From contig CAWBHS010000031.1 of the NCBI GenBank assembly GCA_963788655.1, forward strand, positions 1 to 17,309: a stretch of 17,309 nt of DNA, read 5' to 3'. How positions within the stretch are numbered: the stretch's first letter is position 1; every line of letters begins with the position of its first letter. Origin of the DNA: an uncultured Verrucomicrobiae bacterium (GTDB lineage: Bacteria; Verrucomicrobiota; Verrucomicrobiia; Limisphaerales; JAFGQR01). The translations under genes were made by a program, and so were the position numbers. Below the pieces are notes generated by a model. It saw nothing but the letters and a program-made list of their open reading frames with translations, made no database searches and was not told the origin of the DNA. Below are positions 1 through 8,392 of this stretch, one piece after another.

Positions 1-618
1 GATGAATTGCTGCCCATCGGCAAAGGCGGCGCGCTGATCGAAGGACTGAAACTCCATCCGCTCGCGGATCTGATCGGTTACGTGGACGCCAACGGCGCCA
101 CGCCGCCCGCAGCGTTCCATGACCTGGTCCAGCACTGCGACGAAGCGGATTGTGTGGTGGGTTCCGGTTGGATTGCTGGCGCCATCATTCATCAATCGCA
201 GACGGGGCGGCGGCAGTTTGCCAGCCGAATGTTCCATCTGATCGTGCAGGGCCTGTTTTGGATGAATATCCGCGATACCCAATGCGGCGCCAAAGTCATG
301 CACCGGCGCGCGGTGGAACGCGTCCACGCGGCGCTGCGGATTGCGGACATGGCCTTCGACATTAACCTGCTCTATGCGCTGAAACGCGCTGGTTGTAAGG
401 TGCTCGAAGTTCCCACCGAATGGACGGACAAGATCGGCTCGAAAGTCGTTCTGGGCAAAACTTCGCTCACCATGCTTCTGTCGGTGATCCGCTTGCGACT
501 GATCTATTCGCCGTTCTACAAACTGTTGCGACCGCTCTCGCCCCTGGAAACGTGGATTTACCACAAACTCAAAGCGCCGCCGCCGCTGCCGGGACCGAAG
601 GGGCAGGGTGATCGGTAA
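1..618 (+). CDS. GT2 glycosyltransferase, dolichyl-phosphate glucose/mannose synthase-like (5'-truncated by the window edge)
   Basis: Frame is open from base 1 (DELLPIGKGGALIEG...). Motifs GKGGA, YVDANG (DxD position), IRDTQCGAKV, AFDINLL and EVPTEW match the DPG/DPM-synthase-like GT2 pattern. Stop TAA at 616-618 lies inside the heptamer array. Confidence 0.85.
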   Translation, partial: DELLPIGKGGALIEGLKLHPLADLIGYVDANGATPPAAFHDLVQHCDEADCVVGSGWIAGAIIHQSQTGRRQFASRMFHLIVQGLFWMNIRDTQCGAKVMHRRAVERVHAALRIADMAFDINLLYALKRAGCKVLEVPTEWTDKIGSKVVLGKTSLTMLLSVIRLRLIYSPFYKLLRPLSPLETWIYHKLKAPPPLPGPKGQGDR

Positions 619-815
619 TCAGTGGTCGGTAATCAGTAATCGGTAATCAGTAATCAGTAATCAGTAATCGGTAATCAGTAATCAGTAATCAGTAATCGGT
701 AATCAGTAATCGGTAATCAGTAATCGGTAATCAGTAATCGGTAATCAGTAATCGTAATCAGTAATCGGTGATCGGTAATCAGTAATCGGTGATCAGTAAT
801 CGGTGATCAGTGGTC
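607..815 (+). repeat. Tandem heptamer array, consensus RGTAATC, 30 units
   Basis: Read directly: mostly GGTAATC/AGTAATC, with GGTGATC at 607, 767, 788 and 802, AGTGGTC at 621 and 809, and one 6-nt unit GTAATC at 754. Confidence 0.97.
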
Positions 816-899
816 AGCTTCGTGATTGATCGCGCTAACCGCAATCGGACCATTCCCGTTTCCTATTCGTCGGCCTTGCCCTTTGTTCCTTCGAATTTT

Positions 900-955
900 G
901 ATCACTGGCCACTGATCACTGATAACCGATAACTGATCACCGATCACTGGTTACT
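900..955 (-). repeat. Inverted, more degenerate copy of the same heptamer array (8 units)
   Basis: Minus strand reads AGTAACC AGTGATC GGTGATC AGTTATC GGTTATC AGTGATC AGTGGCC AGTGATC. It overlaps the flippase stop codon. Confidence 0.9.
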
Positions 956-2217
956 CTTCCATACGCGCCCGGCACGAGGGATTCGGACGGCGGTGGAAGG
1001 TGGCCTTTTTGACCCCAGGTAAACCAGGCGCTGATCGCCAGCAGAATGGTGCAGAATGCCGCCAGCGTTTGCAGGACGGCAATCATGCTGCCATGAAAAT
1101 AATTAAGCGCCACGGGATAGGCCACCGCCAAGGCGATCAGCCACGGAACTACCTTGAATTGGGAGCGGGCCAGCAGGTTGTTCACCAGCACATTAGCCAG
1201 CGACAATGGGATCATGGCGCCGGCATACCAGGGGAGCAAGGAGGTGGCGACTTCAACGTAGGACGGTTTAAAAACCAGTCGCACGACCAACGGTCCCACC
1301 ACCCACAACCCGACCGCGCCGGCCATTGCCAGCACCGCCGTGCCCAACAGCGTGATGGCCATGACATCGGTTTTCTCCGAGCGCGCCGTGCTATGGACAA
1401 TCTTGGGAAACATGACCGCCACCAACGGCATTACCAGCCAGATCACTCCGCGCGAGAGCGTGCCAGCCGCCACATAAAAGGCGGTCGGGTCGCCGGGAAA
1501 CCAAGCCTTCACGAACATGGTATCGGAAGTGAACAAGAATTGGCAGGCACCAAAACCCAGCAGCAACGGAATAATCTGTTTGAGGATGGCGCCCACGGCA
1601 AACGGTTCACCCCGCCCCATCCACAGGTCGCGGGTCGCCCAGATGCCCACACAAATGGCCAGGCCATAACCGATGGCCACCGCGGCCATCATGCCCGTGG
1701 CGTAGCCGCCGAGGACGAGCACAAAAACAGCCGCGCAACCCAGGCGCCCGATGCCGTTAAAGATCATCGACCAGCCCATCCAGAGGAAGTCCTGTTTGCC
1801 CTGCATCGCACCCCAAAATATCGGCGTCCAAATACAGCCCAACCAACCGGCCAACACCACCCAGATGGCCAGCGGATTGGAAAGGTTCCAGCGATCGATC
1901 AAATAACCTTGAAAGAAGTGCATCACCACCACCGCCAAGAGCCAGACCACGAACGTGCCTACCCAGGCCATGCGCAGCATGCGGGCCAGTTGCGCCTGGC
2001 GACCGGTGGCCAGGGCGGCGGCGGTTTGCTGGGCGAACACCATTTGCAGCGGCAGCACCGGGACAAGCATGCTCAAGGAGAGCAGGGTGCCAAACGTGCC
2101 GTATTCGGAGTCGGGAATGTATTTTGAAAGCAGATGCACCGCCCACATGAGGGCGCCCTGGGCGATGGTGGCAATCATCATCCAGGCGCTTTGGCGGTAA
2201 AAGGTGTTTTTGCTCAT
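937..2217 (-). CDS. Oligosaccharide/polysaccharide flippase (Wzx-like, MOP superfamily)
   Basis: 426-aa highly hydrophobic protein with about 12 TM segments. N-terminal 'YGTFGTLLSL' and second-half 'SDTMFVK...FYVAAGTLSR...VMFPKI' patterns are typical of Wzx-like exporters. Confidence 0.8.
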   Translation of the reverse strand: MSKNTFYRQSAWMMIATIAQGALMWAVHLLSKYIPDSEYGTFGTLLSLSMLVPVLPLQMVFAQQTAAALATGRQAQLARMLRMAWVGTFVVWLLAVVVMHFFQGYLIDRWNLSNPLAIWVVLAGWLGCIWTPIFWGAMQGKQDFLWMGWSMIFNGIGRLGCAAVFVLVLGGYATGMMAAVAIGYGLAICVGIWATRDLWMGRGEPFAVGAILKQIIPLLLGFGACQFLFTSDTMFVKAWFPGDPTAFYVAAGTLSRGVIWLVMPLVAVMFPKIVHSTARSEKTDVMAITLLGTAVLAMAGAVGLWVVGPLVVRLVFKPSYVEVATSLLPWYAGAMIPLSLANVLVNNLLARSQFKVVPWLIALAVAYPVALNYFHGSMIAVLQTLAAFCTILLAISAWFTWGQKGHLPPPSESLVPGAYGRVTSDR

Positions 2218-2305
2218 GAACGTCGCGCCGTGACGCCTCGCCGCACTCCCTCGTTTCGGGTGAAGCCGCGCCCGCCGCTGCCCGTATCAATACGCATTCG
2301 TAACT

Positions 2306-3442
2306 TCATGGCAATGACTGCAAAAATCGAATCAGCATATCCCGTCCCCGTTCCAATTGGTCCAAAGCAATCCATTCGTTCGCGGTGTGCGCCTGGGCAA
2401 TGTCGCCCGGGCCGAACACTACGCTGGGGATGCCGCCGTTTGCCAGTACACCAGCATCGCTAAAGTAGTCCACGCCGGCGCAGACCTTCTTCCGGACGCT
2501 GCGAAGCATTTGCCGGACCCAAGTCAGCTCCGGATCGGTTTCCAGCGGCAGGCATGGTTCAGGGCGTTCGCGTTTCAGCGTTACGTTCAGGCCGCGCTGG
2601 TGCAAAAAGTCCTTGAGCTCGCGCATCACCTGCGCGTCGCGTTCGCCGGGCAACGTGCGGCGATCGAGGGAAATGACGCAATCCCCCGGCACGATATTGG
2701 GCTGCCGACCACCGCGGATGCAGCCAATGTTCAAGGTGGGTGTGCCGAGCAACGTGTGCCGCCGGCGTTGCAGCAGCCGCGCATAATCGACGTGGAGCGC
2801 CTCAATCACACGGGCCATGGTGTACACGGCGTTCCGACCCAGTTCCGGCCGCGCACCGTGCGCTTCCTTGCCGTGGGTTTGCAATTGCAGCCAGAGCGCG
2901 CCCTTGTGCGCGGTTACCACGTGCAAGCGTGTTGGTTCGCCGACAATCGCGAAGTCCGCCTTCAGCCGACTGGTCGCCAATGCGCGCGAGCCGGCCTGGG
3001 CACATTCTTCATCGACCAAACCAATGAAAACGATTTCAGTGTGGGCCGGTCGTTTTGGGCTGCTTGCGATTCGGCAAAGAGCGTCAAACATCGCCGCCAC
3101 ACTTCCCTTCGTGTCGCAGGCTCCGCGGCCGTAGATCCGGTTGTTACGAACTCGCGGCGTGAACAATTGGTCGCGGTGCTCATCGCCGCCCACCGTATCC
3201 AAATGGGGCGCCAGCAGGATGCGGTGCTGCCGTTTGACGGTGGGCGCCAGGCGAATCACCAGATTGTTGCGCTGGGGCAGGACCGGCTGGAATTCGACCT
3301 CGAGTCGTTCGCGGGCAGCCCGGTCGGCCAGGAACCGCGCGACTTGCTGTTCGCCCCCGCGCGGATCACGGGGTGGCAAAAAAGCCGGGTTCACGCTGGG
3401 CCGCGCGATCAGTTCACAAAGCAATTTGCCGGTTTTGGTCAT
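2306..3442 (-). CDS. M20 family metallopeptidase/deacylase (ArgE/DapE-like)
   Basis: Motifs PSVNP, HLDTV, YGRGACDTKG, VDEE, VGEPT, GGRQPNIVP and FGPGDIAQAHTANE, containing the expected metal ligands. Confidence 0.92.
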   Translation of the reverse strand: MTKTGKLLCELIARPSVNPAFLPPRDPRGGEQQVARFLADRAARERLEVEFQPVLPQRNNLVIRLAPTVKRQHRILLAPHLDTVGGDEHRDQLFTPRVRNNRIYGRGACDTKGSVAAMFDALCRIASSPKRPAHTEIVFIGLVDEECAQAGSRALATSRLKADFAIVGEPTRLHVVTAHKGALWLQLQTHGKEAHGARPELGRNAVYTMARVIEALHVDYARLLQRRRHTLLGTPTLNIGCIRGGRQPNIVPGDCVISLDRRTLPGERDAQVMRELKDFLHQRGLNVTLKRERPEPCLPLETDPELTWVRQMLRSVRKKVCAGVDYFSDAGVLANGGIPSVVFGPGDIAQAHTANEWIALDQLERGRDMLIRFLQSLP

Positions 3443-3453
3443 GCGTTTCCGCG

Positions 3454-3482
3454 ATGAAAGTCCGGGGAGGTTAGAGGGTCAA
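3454..3482 (-). promoter_or_regulatory. Candidate sigma70 promoter for the M20 gene
   Basis: Minus strand TTGACC-N17-TTTCAT ending 11 nt before the ATG at 3442. The -10 box is imperfect. Confidence 0.3.
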
Positions 3483-3546
3483 GCGGCAGCGTGTCCAGAC
3501 CGGAAGCCCGTCCGGCGATAGTTTTGGCGTGAACGCGAAGTTGCGC

Positions 3547-3575
3547 TTGGAGGAAGGATGCTCGGTTGATATTTT
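3547..3575 (+). promoter_or_regulatory. Candidate sigma70 promoter (extended -10) giving a leaderless glycoside hydrolase mRNA
   Basis: TTGGAG (3547-3552)-N17-TATTTT (3570-3575) with TG at 3567-3568. The ATG at 3582 is 7 nt after the last base of the -10 box. Confidence 0.4.
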
Positions 3576-3581
3576 CGCGCC

Positions 3582-5609
3582 ATGAATTCTCTTGGAAAGG
3601 CCGCCGTCTGGTTGGCAGCCGTGTTGGGCGTGCAGGCGGTCTGGACTGCGGCAGCGGCGCCAGTCGTTTTATCGCCGGACCGTTTCAAACCCTACATTGA
3701 GACATTCAATGCCGAGGATGAAGAACTCTATCCCGAGTTGGTGAGCAATGCGGAGGCTTGGAACTTTCTCCGTCCGAACATCCCCCTCTTTGAATGCCCG
3801 GATCCAGAGATTGAGAAGACGTACTATTTTCGGTGGTGGACCTACCGCAAGCACGTCAAGCAAACGCCGGACGGATTTGTTATCACCGAATTCCTGCCGC
3901 CGGTAAGTTGGGCGGGCAAGGACAACACCATCAGTTGTCCGGCGGGACATCATTTCTATGAAGGTCGATGGTTACACGATCCGAGGTTCCTCGATGACTA
4001 CGCGGTCTTTTGGTTTCGGAAGGGTGGCGAACCGCGGCGTTACAGTTTTTGGGTGGCCGACGCACTCTGGGCGCGGCACTTGGTTACGCCGAATCCGGAA
4101 TTGCTGGTGAACTTACTCCCGGACTTGGTGGCCAATTACGAGGCTTGGGAAAAATCGCACCTCGATCCCAACGGGCTCTTTTGGCAGGTGGATGACCGGG
4201 ATGGCATGGAAGTATCCATCGGGGGCAGCGGCTATCGGGCGACCATCAACAGTTACCAGTATGGGGATGCGCGGGCCATCGCCCGCATCGCGGCGCTGGC
4301 CGGCAAAAAAGAACTGGCCCGGACCTACGAAGCCAAGGCCCAGCGAATCAGGCAACTCGTCCAGGGATTGCTGTGGGACGAGCAGGCGCAATTCTTCAAA
4401 GTGGCGCCGCGTTTATCCGCGTCGCAGCCCAAATCCACCGGCATCCTGGAATGGCGCGTCAACAATGATCCGGCGCTGACCAAATCAGCGCAAGCCTCGG
4501 CTTCGCACTGCGGCCCGCAGGATACCTTGGCGGCACTCAACGATGGAGTTGAGCCGCAGTCCTCCGGCGATCAAAGCATTCCGCGGTTCACGTTTTGGGA
4601 CCATCAGGGCACCACCGAGTGGGTGCAATACGATTTCAAGGAACCGGTCCGATTGAACCGCATGCAGGTGTATTGGTTTCAGGACACTGGCGGCTGTCGC
4701 GTACCCACGGAATGGCGGGCGTTGTATCGCGATGAGGAACGCTGGGTGCCGGTCAAGAACCTGGAGCGCTATCGGACGGCGGCCGATCGTTACAATAACC
4801 TGGCGTTCGAACCGGTGACGACCCGGGCTTTGCGGTTGGAAATTGTTTGCCGGGGCGTGTCCGCCGAAGCGGCGACCGATCCGCTGCGACTGGCCGATGT
4901 TCGAGAACAGCACGGCTTCACGCCCTGGTACTTCAATTTGCCGGACGCGAAATACTCGGTGGCCTGGAAACAACTGATGGATCCGCAGGGATTCTTTGCC
5001 CCGTTCGGACCGACCACCGCCGAACAGCGGCATCCCGGATTCAAGGTTGCCTACGAAGGTCATGAATGCCAATGGAACGGCCCCAGTTGGCCTCTGTCCA
5101 CGGCGGTCACACTTACCGGCCTGGCCAACCTGCTCAACCATGACCAGCAGGAGGTCATTACGAAACAGGACTATTTCACCGTCTTACGCAACTACGCGCT
5201 CAGCCACCGATTGCAACGGCCAGACGGCCAGACGGTGTGCTGGATTGACGAGAACCTGAATCCCTTCACCGGCGATTGGATCGCCCGGACGCTCCAGCTT
5301 CGCCGCGGGAGCAAGCCACGGGAACGCGGCAAGGACTATAACCACTCGTCCTTTTGCGATCTCATCATTTCGGGCTTGGTCGGCCTTCGCCCGCGCGCAG
5401 ACAATGTGGTCGAGGTTAACCCGCTGGTGCCGGAGGAGGTCTGGGACTATTTCTGCCTGGACAACGTGCTCTACCACGGACGCGTGCTGACGATTCTTTA
5501 CGACCGCACCGGCGAGAAATATGGGCGGGGCAGGGGACTGCACGTGTTGGCGGATGGCAAGGAGATTGCCGGACGAGATGAATTGGGGAAGGTGACCGGC
5601 ACGTTGTAG
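3582..5609 (+). CDS. Secreted (alpha/alpha)6 glycoside hydrolase (GH63/MGH1-like, resembling GH142 beta-L-arabinofuranosidases) with an internal discoidin/CBM32-like domain
   Basis: Signal peptide (MNSLGKAAVWLAAVLGVQAVWTAAAA). Motifs NIPLFECPD, YYFRWWTYRKH, GHHFYEGRW, DGMEVSIGG..RATINSYQY, HECQWNGPSWP and KDYNHSSFCDLIISGLVG. A beta-sandwich insert spans about aa 278-436. Confidence 0.85.
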   Translation: MNSLGKAAVWLAAVLGVQAVWTAAAAPVVLSPDRFKPYIETFNAEDEELYPELVSNAEAWNFLRPNIPLFECPDPEIEKTYYFRWWTYRKHVKQTPDGFVITEFLPPVSWAGKDNTISCPAGHHFYEGRWLHDPRFLDDYAVFWFRKGGEPRRYSFWVADALWARHLVTPNPELLVNLLPDLVANYEAWEKSHLDPNGLFWQVDDRDGMEVSIGGSGYRATINSYQYGDARAIARIAALAGKKELARTYEAKAQRIRQLVQGLLWDEQAQFFKVAPRLSASQPKSTGILEWRVNNDPALTKSAQASASHCGPQDTLAALNDGVEPQSSGDQSIPRFTFWDHQGTTEWVQYDFKEPVRLNRMQVYWFQDTGGCRVPTEWRALYRDEERWVPVKNLERYRTAADRYNNLAFEPVTTRALRLEIVCRGVSAEAATDPLRLADVREQHGFTPWYFNLPDAKYSVAWKQLMDPQGFFAPFGPTTAEQRHPGFKVAYEGHECQWNGPSWPLSTAVTLTGLANLLNHDQQEVITKQDYFTVLRNYALSHRLQRPDGQTVCWIDENLNPFTGDWIARTLQLRRGSKPRERGKDYNHSSFCDLIISGLVGLRPRADNVVEVNPLVPEEVWDYFCLDNVLYHGRVLTILYDRTGEKYGRGRGLHVLADGKEIAGRDELGKVTGTL

Positions 5610-5635
5610 GGCTTGCTCCGCAGCAGTGGTCTTGT

Positions 5636-5700
5636 CCGTTGTCAGGAACATTGTCGAACAACGGCGGTGAATCTCGACGAAGTTTATGACCAAGGTTTTT
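5636..5700. repeat. Degenerate 22-bp inverted repeat followed by T5; possible terminator or small repeat relic
   Basis: CCGTTGTCAGGAACATTGTCGA (5636-5657) matches the reverse complement of 5674-5695 at 16/22 positions, plus 2 G-U pairs. TTTTT follows at 5696-5700, just downstream of the GH stop. Confidence 0.4.
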
Positions 5701-5799
5701 GGGAGAAGCCTGCGCTGCGTCCTGGTGTCTTGTGAACGGTTGTCCGAACTGAAATCCTCCCGGAATTGCATCTTTCTGGAAAGGCGTTAGCCTGAGGAC

Positions 5800-6192
5800 G
5801 TGCCGGTATCGGAACATGTGCGGATTGATAAATGGCTGTGGGCAGTGCGGCTATACAAGAGCCGGTCGCTGGCGACGGAGGCTTGCACCGCCGGCCACGT
5901 CAAAATCGACGGTCACAGCGTCAAACCCGCGCACGAAGTGCGTCCGGGCGAAATCATCACGGCCAAGACCGGGAGCCTGCATCGCACCGTCAAAGTCATC
6001 GGCCGGTTGGATCGGCGCGTGGGCGCGAAGGTGGTCAGTGAATATCTGGAAGACCTGACTCCGCCGGAGGAACATGCGCGCGCCCGCGCAGCGCGCAGCC
6101 AGCCCGCAGTGAAATTTCCCAAAGGTTGGGGGCGCCCGACGAAAAAGCAGCGGCGACAAATCGATGAACTGCTGCGGCAGCAAAGGGATTGA
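5800..6192 (+). CDS. hslR: Ribosome-associated heat shock protein Hsp15 (S4 RNA-binding domain)
   Basis: VRIDKWLWAVRLYKSRSLATEAC..GHVKIDG..VKPAHEVRPG S4 motif and C-terminal GRPTKKQRRQ. GTG start. Confidence 0.92.
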   Translation: MPVSEHVRIDKWLWAVRLYKSRSLATEACTAGHVKIDGHSVKPAHEVRPGEIITAKTGSLHRTVKVIGRLDRRVGAKVVSEYLEDLTPPEEHARARAARSQPAVKFPKGWGRPTKKQRRQIDELLRQQRD

Positions 6193-6392
6193 ACCGAGCG
6201 ACCGCAATACCGGGGGATCGAAGAGTGGAAGCGGACAGGATTTAACTGAGCACTGAGCCGTATGCAGGAACAAACCGGAATGAACCCAGCGTGGCGGAGC
6301 CGCAACCACAGTTGCAGGGTTGAAGCGTGAAAAGGTTGGCGCCGCCCGCGCAAATCTTGAAAGACAGTGGAGAATCTGCCAACGGCTGCATA

Positions 6393-6421
6393 TTGGCTTG
6401 AGACAACCCCGCGGGTAAGTT
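6393..6421 (+). promoter_or_regulatory. Candidate sigma70 promoter for the glgB cluster
   Basis: TTGGCT (6393-6398)-N17-TAAGTT (6416-6421), just upstream of the ATG triplet at 6435-6443. Confidence 0.3.
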
Positions 6422-6434
6422 AGAAAGCGTGCTG

Positions 6435-8381
6435 ATGATGATGAATACAAACGGTAAATCCCGCACGGCCGTGGGAAAAGTGCAGCCGGTGTCCTTGCTG
6501 TCCAAAGACGATTTGCACTGGTTCAACGAAGGCACGCACGCGCACGTCTATCAGAAGCTGGGCGCTCATCTCCTCACCCATGAAGACGAACCGGGCGCGC
6601 ACTTCGCCGTTTGGGCGCCCAACGCCCAGCAGGTGTCGGTCATCGGCGAGTTCAACGACTGGCAAGCTTCGGTCCATCCCTTGCGCGCCAAAGAAGATTC
6701 CGGCGTTTGGGAAGGTTTCATTCCCGGTTTGACGCGGGGCACAGCCTACAAATACCACATTGCGTCACGCTTTGATGACTTTCACGTGGACAAGTCCGAT
6801 CCCTTCGGCTTCCGCCATCAAACCGAGCCCGAGACTGCGTCGTTGGTCTGGGATCTCGAATACCAGTGGGGAGATGAAAAATGGATGGCCAAGCGGGGCC
6901 AGCGCGCGGCATTGGGCAGCCCGATCTCCGTTTATGAAGTCCACCTGGGCTCGTGGATGCGGGTGCCTGAAGACGAGAACCGCTATTTGACCTACGTGGA
7001 ATTGGCCCCTCGTCTGGCCGACTACGTGGTCCGCATGGGCTTTACCCACGTCGAATTCCTGCCGGTGATGCGGCACCCGTTCTACGGGTCGTGGGGGTAC
7101 CAGATCAGCGGCTACTACGCGCCCACCGGCCGGTTGGGCACGCCGCAGGAACTGATGTATTTGATCGATTACCTGCACCAACATGGAATCGGCGTCTTTC
7201 TGGATTGGGTGCCCTCCCATTTTCCCACCGACGAGCACGGCCTGGCCTATTTTGATGGCACCCACCTCTTCGAGCACGGCGACCCACGGCAGGGCCTGCA
7301 AAAGGACTGGAACAGTTTCATCTTCAACTATGGCCGTTGTGAAGTGCGCAGCTTCCTGCTGAGCAACGCGCTCTTCTGGCTGGAACAATACCACGCCGAC
7401 GGGTTGCGCGTGGATGCGGTGGCGTCGATGCTGTATCTCGATTATTCGCGCAAGGAAGGCGAATGGATTCCCAACAAGTTCGGTGGCCGGGAGAACCTCG
7501 AAGCCATCGAATTTCTGCGGCAGATGAATCAGGCGGTGTACCGCGATTTCCCGGACGTGCAAACCTTTGCCGAGGAATCCACTGCCTGGCCCATGGTGTC
7601 GCGACCGACGTATGTGGGCGGTTTGGGGTTCGGCTTCAAATGGGACATGGGCTTCATGCACGACACGCTCGAGTATTTTGGCGTGGACCCATTGTATCGC
7701 AAATATCACCACAACCGGCTCACCTTCCACGCCATGTATGCGTTTGCGGAGAATTTTCTCCTGCCCTTTTCCCACGACGAAGTGGTCCACGGCAAGGGTT
7801 CGCTGTTGAGCCGGATGCCGGGGGATGATTGGCAGAAATGCGCCAATCTGCGGCTCTTGCTGGCGTACCAATATTTGCAGCCGGGCAAGAAGCTGCTGTT
7901 CATGGGCGGCGAATTTGGCCAATGGCAGGAATGGAATCATGACACCAGCATTGACTGGCATCTGCTCGAAACGCCCGCCCACGCCGGCATCCAACAATGG
8001 GTGCGCGACTTGAATTATCTCTACCGCCGGGAAGCGGCCTTGCACGAACTGGACACGTCGCCGGCCGGATTCCGCTGGGTGGATTGCAGCGACGCCGACC
8101 AAAGCACGCTGAGTTGGCTGCGTTTTGGCACCCAGTCCAACGAGCCCCTGCTGGCGGTATTCAACTTCACGCCCATCCCGCGGTTGAATTATCGTGTGGG
8201 CGTCCCGCGCGGCGGATTTTGGAAGGAATTGCTCAACAGCGACGCCAGCGAATATGGCGGCAGCGGCCACGGCAATTTCGGCGGTCTGGAAACCGTGCCC
8301 TTTGCCGCGCACGGACAGCCCAATTCGCTGGTGATCTCCTTGCCACCGTTGGGCGCCGTGGTGTTCAAACCAGTCGAGTAA
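6435..8381 (+). CDS. glgB: 1,4-alpha-glucan branching enzyme (GH13_9), short N-terminus form
   Basis: [30 protein letters not shown], catalytic [32 protein letters not shown] and [14 protein letters not shown]. Start is ambiguous among GTG 6429 and ATG 6435/6438/6441. Confidence 0.97.
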   Translation: MMMNTNGKSRTAVGKVQPVSLLSKDDLHWFNEGTHAHVYQKLGAHLLTHEDEPGAHFAVWAPNAQQVSVIGEFNDWQASVHPLRAKEDSGVWEGFIPGLTRGTAYKYHIASRFDDFHVDKSDPFGFRHQTEPETASLVWDLEYQWGDEKWMAKRGQRAALGSPISVYEVHLGSWMRVPEDENRYLTYVELAPRLADYVVRMGFTHVEFLPVMRHPFYGSWGYQISGYYAPTGRLGTPQELMYLIDYLHQHGIGVFLDWVPSHFPTDEHGLAYFDGTHLFEHGDPRQGLQKDWNSFIFNYGRCEVRSFLLSNALFWLEQYHADGLRVDAVASMLYLDYSRKEGEWIPNKFGGRENLEAIEFLRQMNQAVYRDFPDVQTFAEESTAWPMVSRPTYVGGLGFGFKWDMGFMHDTLEYFGVDPLYRKYHHNRLTFHAMYAFAENFLLPFSHDEVVHGKGSLLSRMPGDDWQKCANLRLLLAYQYLQPGKKLLFMGGEFGQWQEWNHDTSIDWHLLETPAHAGIQQWVRDLNYLYRREAALHELDTSPAGFRWVDCSDADQSTLSWLRFGTQSNEPLLAVFNFTPIPRLNYRVGVPRGGFWKELLNSDASEYGGSGHGNFGGLETVPFAAHGQPNSLVISLPPLGAVVFKPVE

Positions 8382-8392
8382 CTCGTCGCACT

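Noticed and set aside
607..815. Possible CRISPR array or telomere-like repeat
   Set aside because: Contiguous 7-mers with no unique spacers, no cas genes, and an internal position between two genes.
6283..6321. Small branched hairpin (AACCC...GCAAC-caca-GTTGC-a-GGGTT) upstream of glgB as a riboswitch or ncRNA
   Set aside because: Stems are only 5 bp, with no recognisable riboswitch consensus or U-tract. Compatible with chance in GC-rich DNA.
7997..8392. 132-aa N-terminal extension of the GH57 ORF
   Set aside because: Overlaps the glgB 3' end in another frame. Family similarity starts at MNKYLCLHGHFYQPPRE (8393).
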